Shown here piece after piece: positions 11,901-23,200 of a stretch of DNA of 64,000 nucleotides. Within the stretch, counting starts at the first letter, position 1. Each line of letters opens with the position of its first letter. The position numbers and the translations under genes are program-made. The notes beneath the pieces were generated by a model. The model made no database searches, was not told the DNA's origin, and saw only the letters and a program-made list of their open reading frames with translations. Origin of the DNA: Balanoglossus misakiensis (taxonomy: Eukaryota > Animalia > Hemichordata); assembly GCA_040954595.2 (NCBI GenBank), contig CM082596.2:3279025-3343024 (forward strand), in the 5' to 3' direction.

Positions 11901-12928
11901 CATTGAGGAATGTTGAGAGTGATCTGGTCAACATCTTGAAGAATGGATCTCTGATCGGATACTTGCCACTGCCACACAAGACAGTGTGTTCTAAGATGTG
12001 CGGCACTCCTGTATCGTCCATCGGGGTCGTACGGAAACCAACACTGGAATGAAAATATTTGAGTTTTACCAATGATGATGAGGTGTTGGATGTGGTGTCC
12101 ATCCTACGTATATTGCAACATTGTATTTCTTACAAACAAAAATATCAAATGATCTGGCCTACCTGAATACATTGTTGGCGTCGTCCCTAGCAACGTGTAG
12201 ATATTGGGCACCAGTGGCATCATGGGTAAGTTTCACTGCTGTTAAGTGCAGCTCTGATATCGTGTCCACCTTGTTTGAAATAGGACGTAGAAACCAACAT
12301 CATGAGATTATGATCGCCATAACAACTGGAAGGTGTTTTAATGACATTCACAATTACGCGGATCACAAATATCACTTTCAAACCTCACTTTGTCAACAGT
12401 GAAACCATGAATCTTTTCTCCCGGCTGATATTTCTGTGCTTCTTGCAACACTGCTGAACTTGAACTTGAGATACTGGTAGTACTGAAAGATCTTCTAAAG
12501 GGTTTTCTACATTTCCTGCTTAAGTTTAAGAAAAGAGGAACAATGTCATCTTCTCAGCTGATTATCAATATCAGGCCACAAGCTTGCACATTCAATATAT
12601 ACAATACTAGGCATAGCCTAGGAAATGTAGGATGTGCACTGGGCTAAGATATCACTGACTACTAATCCAAGAGCTGAATATCTATGTATATACGAACAGC
12701 CATTATATAATATACATGGCAGGATACTGCTTCCATGGTCACATGCATTGTACGGCAAGATTCCATCCATCATTGAATGATTCAATCCATTTGATTCATT
12801 GCACATTTACACATGCATCAGCCTGGTAAAGCCTCCGATCTCTGATATTTTTGTTTATTTCATCCTTACCTATTCTGTGCAATCGTCACCAGCCTCTTGA
12901 CATGCCTCGACGCTGCCGATCGCAACAT
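5954..12928 (-). CDS. PITRM1: Presequence protease, mitochondrial (pitrilysin metallopeptidase 1, M16C family), 1032 aa, 26 coding exons
   Basis: Exons (minus): 12928-12870, 12515-12389, 12269-12163, 12043-11892, 11804-11690, 11545-11449, 11293-11133, 11034-10908, 10779-10691, 10535-10407, 10211-10098, 9948-9852, 9711-9438, 9283-9167, 8966-8837, 8687-8567, 8359-8283, 7995-7830, 7719-7619, 7523-7403, 7183-7071, 6924-6871, 6779-6708, 6561-6447, 6341-6208, 6083-5954. All introns are GT-AG and in phase; total 3099 nt. It contains the inverted Zn motif [42 protein letters not shown] and [19 protein letters not shown]. The Arg/Ser-rich N-terminus ([13 protein letters not shown]...) resembles a mitochondrial presequence. 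Confidence 0.98.
9030..9114. mobile_element. Short TTAA-flanked MITE (piggyBac-like), in a PITRM1 intron
   Basis: TTAA at 9026-9029 and 9115-9118; imperfect terminal inverted repeats CCATTTCATCC / GGTGAAAGGG. Its reverse complement aligns over its whole length with 47159-47244. Confidence 0.75.
10025..10057. repeat. Degenerate (CAT/CGT)n microsatellite
   Basis: catcatcattatcatcgtcgccgtcatcatcat in a PITRM1 intron. Confidence 0.7.
11565..11636. repeat. Degenerate (CAAT/CAGT)n microsatellite
   Basis: caatcaatcaagcaaccaatcaatc...cagtcagtcaatcaatcaatcaagtcagtcaatcaatcaa in PITRM1 intron 5. Confidence 0.85.
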
Positions 12929-13430
12929 TTTAGAATGTCAGCCTTGCAGTTCAGCGATTGACGTGCTTGTAGTGATCGCCAGCTGACCTTGAATGAATTA
13001 TTTCACAACATGACCCCTGTGTGACCTTGTATGTTTGTGCAAAGCATCCATTCTCCAGTGAGTGTGGCCACACAGCTCTGCCATTATTTGCAACAGAGGG
13101 GATTTCTCTGTAAAACTATGAAGCAGCAGTACCTTGAATTCCACCAGAATTTTTTCATAGAAGATTTCTGTATAAATAACCCCACTTGATTACTGCAAAC
13201 CCCGGCGTATTAGTGTGGCATAAGGGTGTATTGTTTTGACAGGCTTCAAAATATTGTATCTAAAAGTTTCAAAGCTAGGCGGTCGTAAGTGAGTCTGTGT
13301 GTCAATTTAATAAAAAGCCAAGGAAAACAAACTTCTGGTCGAGTTTGATCGCAATTTTCTATGAGAAGGAGAGCGTTGTCTTTGATGTCATAGCACAGAT
13401 CGACTGTTTGGTCGGTAGACTCACAAATCG
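12929..13430. promoter_or_regulatory. Putative bidirectional promoter and 5' UTRs of PITRM1 and ASB8
   Basis: The two start codons face apart, 1.1 kb from each other. A probable ASB8 5' UTR intron runs 13431 (GTACGT) to 14030 (AACAG), leaving ~0.5 kb shared. ERR-type sites TGACCTTG occur at 12984 and 13022. Confidence 0.6.
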
Positions 13431-14040
13431 GTACGTTGGCATGTAGAAATAGGTGTTAATGTTTTTAGCAGATAGCAATTAGCATAACAACAAACGGTGG
13501 ATGTTTATCACAGCTGTTTCAGCTATGTGTACACCGGTGCAAAACAGTTATTCTGGAGCGGGGATGTGTGTTATGGCAGCTTGATTAGACTGATATTTTG
13601 CATCCCCAGCTCAGATTACCGAAATGGAATCTTGATTAAGAGACTGTCATTTGCGAAAATGGGGGGTGTCTGTTTCCCTTGGGTTTGTTTACTTTTCTGT
13701 GACGCATTTCTCATCCACCCAAGTCCCAACCCCGCCCCCATCACCTAGGAAACTCATGAACTACATCCAGTAGTGATGTGATGGCAATGTGTCTTCAGAC
13801 ACATTGTACCTCCACCATAGATTGGTGCTTATAAATTGATGTCACTGACCTACTCAACATTATTACAAAATACCCAATAATAAAGTTTCTGTGCCGTTTA
13901 GCGGGTCTTCTCCCAGAATGCAACGCTAGAGATCTTTTGATTTGGGGATCTTGTACCTTCCTACCCCATATAATCAATGCAAAGTCCTGCATCTCTACTT
14001 TCAGGGGTATGGTTGTGTTGTCTGGAACAGGGTCGGTAAG

Positions 14041-15950
14041 ATGTGGTATGTGATGGCAAGGCTGCAGCAAAGCTACAGTCTGCAGGAGCGCCTGGTTCGC
14101 ACCATTGCCGACTGGCGGGCGTACTCCACAGACGATGTGGAGGAGCTGTTGGACGAAGGGGCGGATGTCAACGGCGCCTCGGGCACTCTGCTACCGTTGC
14201 ACTGTGCGTGCATGGTGAGCGACAGCAATGTTCTCAAGTTGCTGCTAGACAGGGGTGCTGCAGTAAGTATTGGTACCTAAGAATTTAAGGATAAGGCTTA
14301 AAGGGGAAGCTTACCCTCTGTTGTAATTGCACAAAGTTGTTTAATAGTCACGTGACAAATGCCAATTTCACTAACTTTCACTCGTGCACAGCAAAGTAAT
14401 TTATCACCAATGATAAAAGACAAGAAGTGACAGAATTGACTTGTGGGTCGTCTGCTGCAGGGGCAAGTACATGTACAGTCACGTTGCTGTGTCAAGTCAC
14501 ACACACACATGAACTATGACATAACTATGGCAACAGATAATTTGGAGCCAGAGATCCCCCTCTAAAAACTGGAGATTGAAATAACACTGGACCGTACGCA
14601 AAGCGCAGTACTGCACGTCGACTGCAACACAAGTCGTGTACGTCACTTCTAGTTGCATTTTAAACACACACAGTGCACGACTGAGATCTAATCCATAGGA
14701 TATCTGACAATATAATGACAGGACTTTGGAAGGACTGTTGGTGAACTATGTAGTGACCTTCCATATTGATGCCAGGTCCCACCCAACATATACATGTACA
14801 TTAACCTCCTACTGCTTTGCATTCTGTTGTGTGACCTCCCTTTTGAGGGATTGCCTTGCGAGACAGAAAGAATCCTTTTTTTGTTTGCGGCTTGTAGTGT
14901 TCTGTTGTGTAGCTGTGAAAGTTCCAAGTGTAAAGCCAAAAATGGCAAAATGCATTTTTTTAAAATGCGAGAGGGATGACTATATGTATGTGTAATGAAA
15001 CTCGCCAACCCTGACTGTCAGTGAATAACAGAAAGAGTGTACTAACGGATAATGGAAAGAATGTACTAACACCAAGCTCTAGCGACAGCGCCCTCTAATG
15101 CCAATCGCGGAATCTATTGATCAGTTGTTTTTGTGTGCAGTGCAGTCTGTGTGTAATTCTATCTAATCTTAGGCAAATATAAGCTTCGGTAAAAGTTTAG
15201 TGAAGTTTAGAAAAAATCTAACTTGAAATTAATAAAATGTGGTGTGGACATAAGGTTTGATTTTTTGAAATTCAAGTTCAATCAAGTAAAACATGGAACT
15301 TTTTCAAACAGGTCAACGCTGTCGATGGCTATGAAAGAACTGCTTTGCATTATGCCGCGGAAAAAGATGACATTTGCACTGAGCTTCTCATACAACATGG
15401 TGCTGACCTGAACGCCCCCGACGGTAATCAGGACACTCCGCTGCACTGGGCTTCGTTTAAGAACAATGTGAACAGCGTCAAGATTCTGCTGCGCCACCAG
15501 GCCGCGGTCAACCTCGTGGACTACAACAACGACACGGCGCTCAGCTGGGCTGCGCTGAAATGCAACCAGGAGAGCATTCAGTTGTTGCTAGATTACGGGG
15601 CGGACCCGTCCATCACGAATTATAACGGGATGTCGCCTATTTTACGGGCGGCCATCATGGCGGCCTCCGGACTAGATAGCCGGGACGTGGAGTCTGTCCG
15701 GTTGCTCGTCAAAGCGCTTGGCATGTTTGACATACGCAACGAGCAGGGCTGCCTGCCCAATGAAATCAAGCGAGACGCGCACCTTCACGACATGCTCATA
15801 CAGTACTGCGAAAACGCCAGACCACTCAAGGAGCTGTGTCGCTTTGTTATACGTAGAAATCTCGGCCAGACTTATTTGCCTGAAGCTGTGACTAAACTGC
15901 CATTGCCTGCTGTGCTGCGGAGTTACCTACTGCTGCAAGAACAAAGATGA
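14041..15950 (+). CDS. ASB8: Ankyrin repeat and SOCS box protein 8, 286 aa, 2 coding exons
   Basis: Exons 14041-14262 and 15312-15950, joined by a phase-0 GTAAGT...ACAG intron. The N-terminus MWYVMARLQQSYSLQERLVRTIA matches the distinctive ASB8 start (MWYIMQSIQSKYSLSERLIRTIA, recalled). Ankyrin repeats PLHCAC, TALHYAA, DTPLHWAS and DTALSWAA precede a C-terminal SOCS box PLKELCRFVIRRNL...LPLPAVLRSYLL. Confidence 0.97.
15087..15104 (-). promoter_or_regulatory. CTCF-like binding motif
   Basis: The minus strand reads TTGGCATTAGAGGGCGCT, close to the CTCF consensus TGGCCASYAGRKGGCGCT. It lies in the ASB8 intron. Confidence 0.5.
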
Positions 15951-17500
15951 TCACAGGATATTCTTATACATTATAAGGATGCCTGTCTTTTAACACTGCG
16001 AAAAGTGCAGTTCAGAAACTTTTAAGTGGGAGTATGCATGAACCATTAGTGTACATAGAATATGACATTTACACAAAGACACACACTCATACTCATAATA
16101 ACCATAATACTGATACACGTATCTCTGTATGCACCACTGCATATGACAGATTCATCACTCACATTGACAATCTGGGCCAACTACCCGTGACATTTGAAAC
16201 GTGTACCTGGCTTGAATGAGTAAAGAAGTACCATATGACCGTGGGACGGCTTGCTCTAATACTCATCTATGATGTGAGCGGCTTAAATACATCTTGTTTC
16301 TGAATAATGCAACATGTGAAAAAGATATCATCTCGACTATGAAACTGCAGAAATTAATGCAGAGCGATACATGTAGTTTAAGATTAAGATATTATCTGGG
16401 TTTTTTTTTTGTTCACTTCATGAATAATGCATGATGTTCCGAGGCTGTAACTTTTTCCATTATTTTTTAATATTTTAATCTGGAACCAAGGTCGTCTCAT
16501 AATGCATTCATCGTGTGAGATGAGCATCTGCTTGTTATCACACTTTTACAGGAAAGTGTTGGGAGTGCAAGTTCCTAACAGTACCATCTCTTGGGTACGA
16601 TTAACCTATTTACTGCCATGGTGTGGTTTAACCTCATTCTTTCAGTGGTGAATTCGGAGTCATACATTTGGAAAGAGGGGTGACATGGTGAAAGAAAGTG
16701 CTCCCCTCAAATTTTAAACACACAACTACCTTGGGCAGACTTTTATGTTGAGATTTAAAGCATGTATAATTTTTTTATTATTTCATATTCTGACATAGTA
16801 TCGATTGAAATTAGACTTTCTAAACTGTGTCTTTATGAAGCCATCAGCGGATGTTACAATATGGTTAATATTATTTAATGGTATGCTGCAACTATTTAAT
16901 CAGGGCAGATAATAAAATAACAAGAGTTTATTAAACAACCCAAACTTTGAAAATATTTTCTACAATCAAGAGATAATGCAACATCAGAACCATTTACAGA
17001 TTCTAAATAAATCTGGATCTTTGCTTGAATTGAATTGTTAATTGTCGCAGTTGTAACTGTTTTATCATTTTCGCTTTATTTTTATCTGTCCATCTGTAGA
17101 CCTTCAAATATTTTATTCCTTTGAGAAAGATATTACAGCTGGTTGGTTTGTGCAGGAAAGTAGAAAATAAAACTTGTTTCTGTTTTGCTTGAAGAATCAA
17201 CCATAAACTAGGCTTCTGTGTTATTCTTTATAATTTAAAAATGAATTCTGTGTATCATGAATAAAACAAGCGAGTCTATGCTAGAAAGTACCCCAGGTTG
17301 TACAGTATTTATTCGCTGACATTCAGTTTGGGATGTGATGTGTAATTTACACGGTACAACGTGGCATAAAAAGATGTCATCTGGAAATGGCAAAGTTGAA
17401 TTAATCTCACTGAGACATATTATGTTATATTAGTATTTATTGCTTTAGCATGGGAAGCTCTCTTTAAAAGTATTGAATAAATCGGGTGATTAAAAAAATT
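15951..17500 (+). other. Probable ASB8 3' UTR with candidate poly(A) signals
   Basis: U-rich sequence after the stop, with AATAAA near 16911, 17260 and 17476; the last is followed by a GT/T-rich tract. The true end is unknown. Confidence 0.45.
16605..16692. mobile_element. Diverged copy of the short TTAA-flanked MITE family
   Basis: TTAA-CCTATTTACTGCCATGGTGTGG...GGGGTGACATGG resembles the copies at 9030 and 47159. Confidence 0.45.
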
Positions 17501-18368
17501 GTGTATTTTTCCTCTGCCATGCTTGTCCGTGCTTGCAGTTCCTCCCTGCAGCCATAGAGTATATATGCTTTGTTGTGTCTGTTCATTTCTCAGCAGTGCC
17601 GTAAATTAAAACTCATCATTAAACCCAGACACACACAGTGACCCACACTCCCGCAAATGTTGTCTCGCATTAAAACCTTGAACAGCGCCGCCATTGGCCA
17701 GAATGGACCGTTTTACGAACATGAGTGTAATTACATCCCCAGGCACTAGTTTTAATTACTCATTTTTTTCACACAGCTGTCCAGTTTAAATTCGTTATGT
17801 ATCAAAATATCATAAAGCATGGAGCTCAAATGCTGGGAAGTATAGCTGCACAATGTGTGTGCATGGGGGCTGGCAGGGTTGGGGTGATGCATATGGTTTC
17901 ATGTAGGTACTGCTGACCATGCATAGATACATGTAGTGTTGCTTTTAACATGTTGATGTTTGTCGGCTGCATGCTAGCTGTTGATTGGTCCTTCAAAGGT
18001 CAGAGTTCACCAGTTCACATGGCAGCACATGGCTCGGTTCAATAACCTTGGCATGCATCTTTGTATGCACTGTCAGATTTAGTGAAGGGTTTTAGAGGAT
18101 GATGATGATTGATGCAGCGGTTAGGTCACAGTGCAGATGAGTTCGAGCGACCACAAATGTCGTTTGATGGCAAGGATCTGTTTTATTAGCGTTGACATAA
18201 TACTGATGTAAAGTTATTTCTATATACCGGTATTAAATTGTTTTGGCGACATGCTGGATTTAACGCCTGAATGAGCAAGTACTAGTATGTAGATACCTAT
18301 ACTTCCGGCAGTCTTCTTGAATAAAGAATCAGACATACAGATTTATTCTTGTACGGCAGCCAATTTAA

Positions 18369-18427
18369 CCCTTTCGTTCAGACTAAACCCACTCTTTTTT
18401 ATGGTAAAGGAACTGGGGGTGAAACAG
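18369..18427. mobile_element. Internally deleted copy of the short TTAA-flanked MITE family
   Basis: TTAA-CCCTTTC...ATGGTAAAGGAACTGGGGGTGAAACAG-TTAA shares termini and the ATGGTAAAG core with the other copies. Confidence 0.55.
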
Positions 18428-20267
18428 TTAAGGATGGTGGCCAGGGGGTGTGGACTGTACCGTACGTATAAAACAATGGACTTGGGCCAAACTGTGATTG
18501 TGAAAGGGTTATTTGCAGTTTCACAGGTTTCACAGGTTTCTTGTTCGAGTATGAGGCTCATACGATGAGTTAATTTCTCTTCTAAATGTCCAATTGATTT
18601 CTTTTCTGACCACTGATGTCACAATTTAAGCTTTGGTAGTGATTGAATCTGACATAGAAAAAAGCATCTTGCCATCGTTGAATGAGGCACACTGATACAG
18701 TAACCCAGATCGAATAATTTCATTACAGTATTGCAGTTGCTTGGATGCATAGCTAATGGAATCTGCAGTTGTTTTGTAGATGATTCATGCGGTGCATGGC
18801 AATTGGTTTATATATGAATGTGTGTTTTGTGTCTGCGTCTGTGCCTGGCGGCAATTTCAGATGCCATATTTTTGCTTTTAATAAACACCCATCTTCATTT
18901 CTGAAACAAATTTAGTGCAGATTTGCGTAAATTTGAATGTTTTTTAAAAATATGTTACAGAAATCTTTAGTGGTTGTTAATTAAATGTACACGTATAAGC
19001 AATGTATTACCGGTAAATATTCTCCATTCATCACATCTGAATGCTAGACATACTTGTACCTAATTACACACGATGTGATGTTAATTCAGACTGAGCTCTG
19101 TCGTCACAGTTCCCTTGAAGTGTGTTGTTTTCAAAAACAGCCTACAACCACGGCAACACGCATTGTTTGTGTATATCTCAATGTAATGACACGTGTCACT
19201 TTCGCATAGCTGTCATCGCGATCACCCGAGCGTGTGATTCGTGAAACTGACAAGTGTGAGTAATGAAATTGACTCAGCATAGTCATGGCAATGACATTTT
19301 GAACTTGGTCTGATCAGACTGATATCGCATGACTAAGAGTGTGTTTGCGTGAATGTATCACTGTGAAATATATCAACAACATGAAACCTGCGGGGGAAAT
19401 GAAGTATAAAGTATATGCAGATATTGCATCGTTGTACCCTCAGTCCTGTCTGTTTTTATCTCACTTGACAATTCTTAGAAATCTCGTATTGTCTAGCCGT
19501 GTTTCATCATCTCTCACTTCAGGCACTTATTCAATATTAATATCAAATTGATGAATAATGTATAAATATCATAACAGGATAATCATTAAATAAATTGCGG
19601 CATTTTAATGCCTTATTTATGAAGATCAAAGAATGCAATCTTATACATTTTGACATACTTCTGATGTGTGACTAATACACGCTGGGATCCAGTCATCAGT
19701 GAAATGTATCTGTGTGGATGTCACAATATAATTATGAGAGCCGTCAACATTAAAAATTAGTGTTATCTTCCAGTATGTGTCACAGGATTGTATTCTCCTT
19801 GCGTGGTCCATGGCAAGATTCCAAATCCTGATTAATATTTTGTTTAAAAGGGGAAATTTGTAATATTGAGATCTGTCTCGTGTTTGATCAATAGTCTCCA
19901 ATGCTTGACAACATCTCATTACCAAGACCTGTTTATTCAGTCTCTTAAAGATGTGCTGATTTATTGCCTTCCTTTCCCATTTCCGTTAGACGAAAATGTA
20001 ATCGGAGATTTGTCGCCTCTAATATGCCAAGTTTTGAATATTTTATAAGATGAAAACAATATGTGTGATACTAGAAAGATTGCTTGATGAAATGAGCATT
20101 GCATAGTTGCCGGCAGACATAATGACGTCACAAGTGTCTTGCGTTGTGTGTGAACACTTTTTTGGGTTTGCAGACAAAGATTTTCGTATTATCATCAGCG
20201 AACAAATTACAAATCTTGAAGTTTATCGCAAAACATTGATCTGTCCAAAATGATCGCCTGGTGTTAT

Positions 20268-20285
20268 AGCGCCACCTATGGTCAA
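20268..20285 (-). promoter_or_regulatory. CTCF-like binding motif
   Basis: The minus strand reads TTGACCATAGGTGGCGCT, matching the AGGTGGCGCT core. Confidence 0.45.
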
Positions 20286-23200
20286 TATGTTCCCATCTTC
20301 ACACTGTACAGAGTTCACTGAACATACTGTCAAGTTTCCGTGGTGATGACACATAACCTCATTGTCCTTGTCTAGTCATCATGTAGTCATCATTAGTATG
20401 TTTGCTGGTTGGATTTTCTAGTCAAAGAATATCATAAATTTCAGTTATTCATAAAATAATTTATTAGTGAGAGATAAATTCTGAAATCACTGACATGTTT
20501 CATCTATCAAAAGGACCGAGTGATATTAAACTGCTAAAATAACTCCCAACATTGTACTGGTATTGATAATTTGCGTGTCTGTCATACATGTATCTGTATG
20601 CATTCCCTGTCATATTTATATGAATATCATGGATGTATGTCGTAAATCAAGGAAAGACGCAAGCTATCACTTGCATTGGTCATTCACTCATCCAATCAGA
20701 TATTGATTAAAGAAAAAATGTTTGACTTAATTCTGGCTTCATTTGCTCATCTCTGTTTAAGGACAGTTGTACATATTGATTCAATTGTTTATTTTCATGT
20801 ACAAGGAGCCAATTAATAACATTCTCTGCACATTCTATATGTGATTAAATTCTTTCTCATTTCCTCCCATCATGCTGCTGGGCCTCATATATCCACTTCC
20901 TTGTGAAATAGATCTTGAATTACCTTGAACTAGACCTACAATTTCCTGAGAGAGCGACCTTCCACATCATAAAGTGCCATCAAAACATACTGGCCACCTG
21001 TCTGTGGTGAAGTGCTGTTCTTGCCAAACAGAGAAGCATCAGTAATTCCAAACTCATTAAGGCTAAAACTGCCCAGCCATTAGTGGTTCTAAATTATCCC
21101 AGTCAGCAATAAATATGCCAGAATTAACATTTTAATGAACATCAAGCTGGATTCGGCCTTCTGATCCAGACAAGACAAGAATGTCTAATACCTAGTCGTT
21201 GAATTTTATTAGGGCTTATTGTAAATAATTAATCTGCTAATCTGACTTAGTGTATTGCTACCAATGTTAATAAGTCTGGAAAAATTGTTTCTTTGGATGG
21301 ATCATTACTAATGGTTTGTTCTGTTTCACACCCTTTTTATTAACTGTACTCTTTATTATATTTTTTGTTTCATAAATTTAACTGTACGTACATCACTCAT
21401 CAGTATGATTGATCGCTGTGGTATATATTGTAATTATATTCTTGTACTGTAAGTGAATAGAATGGTGTGGTGGTTATTAAAGTACCAGTATGTACAAGGA
21501 ATTTGTAGTGTCTTCGACATCCATAATATTCAGACTGTGTTGTTAAACAGCAGACATGGTCCTGAGATGTACATGTACATGTAGTATTAAAAATAAAAGA
21601 GATATTGTTAATCTTTCTGCATGCATATAGCATTAGTAAGAGTATTTTAAATAAACCAGGCACTTTGTTGCCTTTAAGTTGTAATTAACTCAAGCTATTG
21701 GTCTGAAAGTCTGTGGACTAATATGGAACTGTGGAAATCTGATGCTGGTCCGTTCATGGGAAATTTACTCTCACAAGTGAAACTAATATCTTGTGAGTTT
21801 CATAATGGGGGTATCTGTAGTGCATACCAATGGTGAGATCATTTTTCACTTCCTGCAGATTTGTTCAGGCCAAAAATAATGATATTCATAGACCCCTACA
21901 CAAGAAACAAAATAAAAGTAGCCAATCGAAGTGACTAGAACAACTGCAGATGAACTCTTCCCTGTCACCTCCACGTGTCGTTGATCGCGGTTGATCTTTG
22001 ACCCCACGCGGTAACGCTTCACTGGCAAACTCTGTGTGACCCCCAAGGCTAATGACAAGATATCATCATCAACATGTAATGTGTACACCACTTTTGCGGA
22101 ATTGTTGGCGCATTTCTCATTCCCCTCTTCTGTTTGAGTCACGAACGAATTTGAATCGTCTGGCAGATGTTTCAGATGTCAGCCGGCAACTGTGGTGATA
22201 TAACATCAGCAAACATGACAGAAGTCTTAAAATTGTTTTCCCAACATCACGAAAATATTTCAATGCTAGGCAACTGGTGAAACAATATCTTCTCATGATC
22301 AGAAGACTGAAAAGTGTTTTTGTCCAACAGCAATGAAAATATCATCACAAGATGATGTCGGAAATTAGCATCAAATGAGTTTTCTGAATGTAATTTTTCC
22401 AGTGCCTATAAATAACTAGGCAATGGCCATTTTGGTATTTAATATCGCAGAAAAAGTTAACTGATATTCGAGATTTGTTAATTAAGTGTTGAAAATACAC
22501 TTTTGATGATTAAGCAATCTTAAGACAATCTTAAAGTCTCAGCAGGTGGTAATTATAATCACTGACTGTGAGTGTATGATTATCTTGTCTGGTGATCATC
22601 GTTCTTGAAGAAATGAGGGACGGCACAGTAAATGGTCATTCTGATATTTATTGCCTTCATTTGCGTGCGAATCCAGGAGGGAGAAAACTTTGTTGTGAAT
22701 GTGAAATGAGTTAGTGCCTTCATTAGTTTGATGTGTTTGGATGCAGAGAATATCCCCTCCAAGGAGAGGCTGAACAAATCACTGCAGCTGTTTTGATTGA
22801 GGGGAATGGACTGGAGGAGATGCGTAAACATTCCCTTCTAGACATTATTGAATTTTCAAGGTTGGCATTGCAGACGTGCACGGTAACATGTGTGTCCTTC
22901 CTGTCAACTGTGACATTGACATCATCGATTTATGGGGCACACACCCTTGTGACATCATCAATTTTGATGCACGTGTGAATATGTTACCAGATAATCTTGA
23001 GTGCCAGTTTCTGCAAAATACAGTGTCCTCAGAATCTCCTCACTCCAAGGCATCATATACTGTGTTAACACAACACAACACATGTACTGTACGTAATTTT
23101 CATATATAGGAAATCTAATTTCATCCACCATGTCAAAATAATCATATAAAGAGTGCATTCGCATTGCCTGCCATACACAGCGGCTATCAGTGAATCAAAT

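Noticed and set aside
18199-18220. miR-8/200-like word TAATACTG
   Set aside because: The match does not extend convincingly past the seed and no good complementary arm was found.
18518-18540. Tiny tandem duplications and palindromes (GTTTCACAG repeats; also ~32505, ~38811, ~41199, ~48821)
   Set aside because: They are ordinary slippage-type micro-duplications or chance palindromes.
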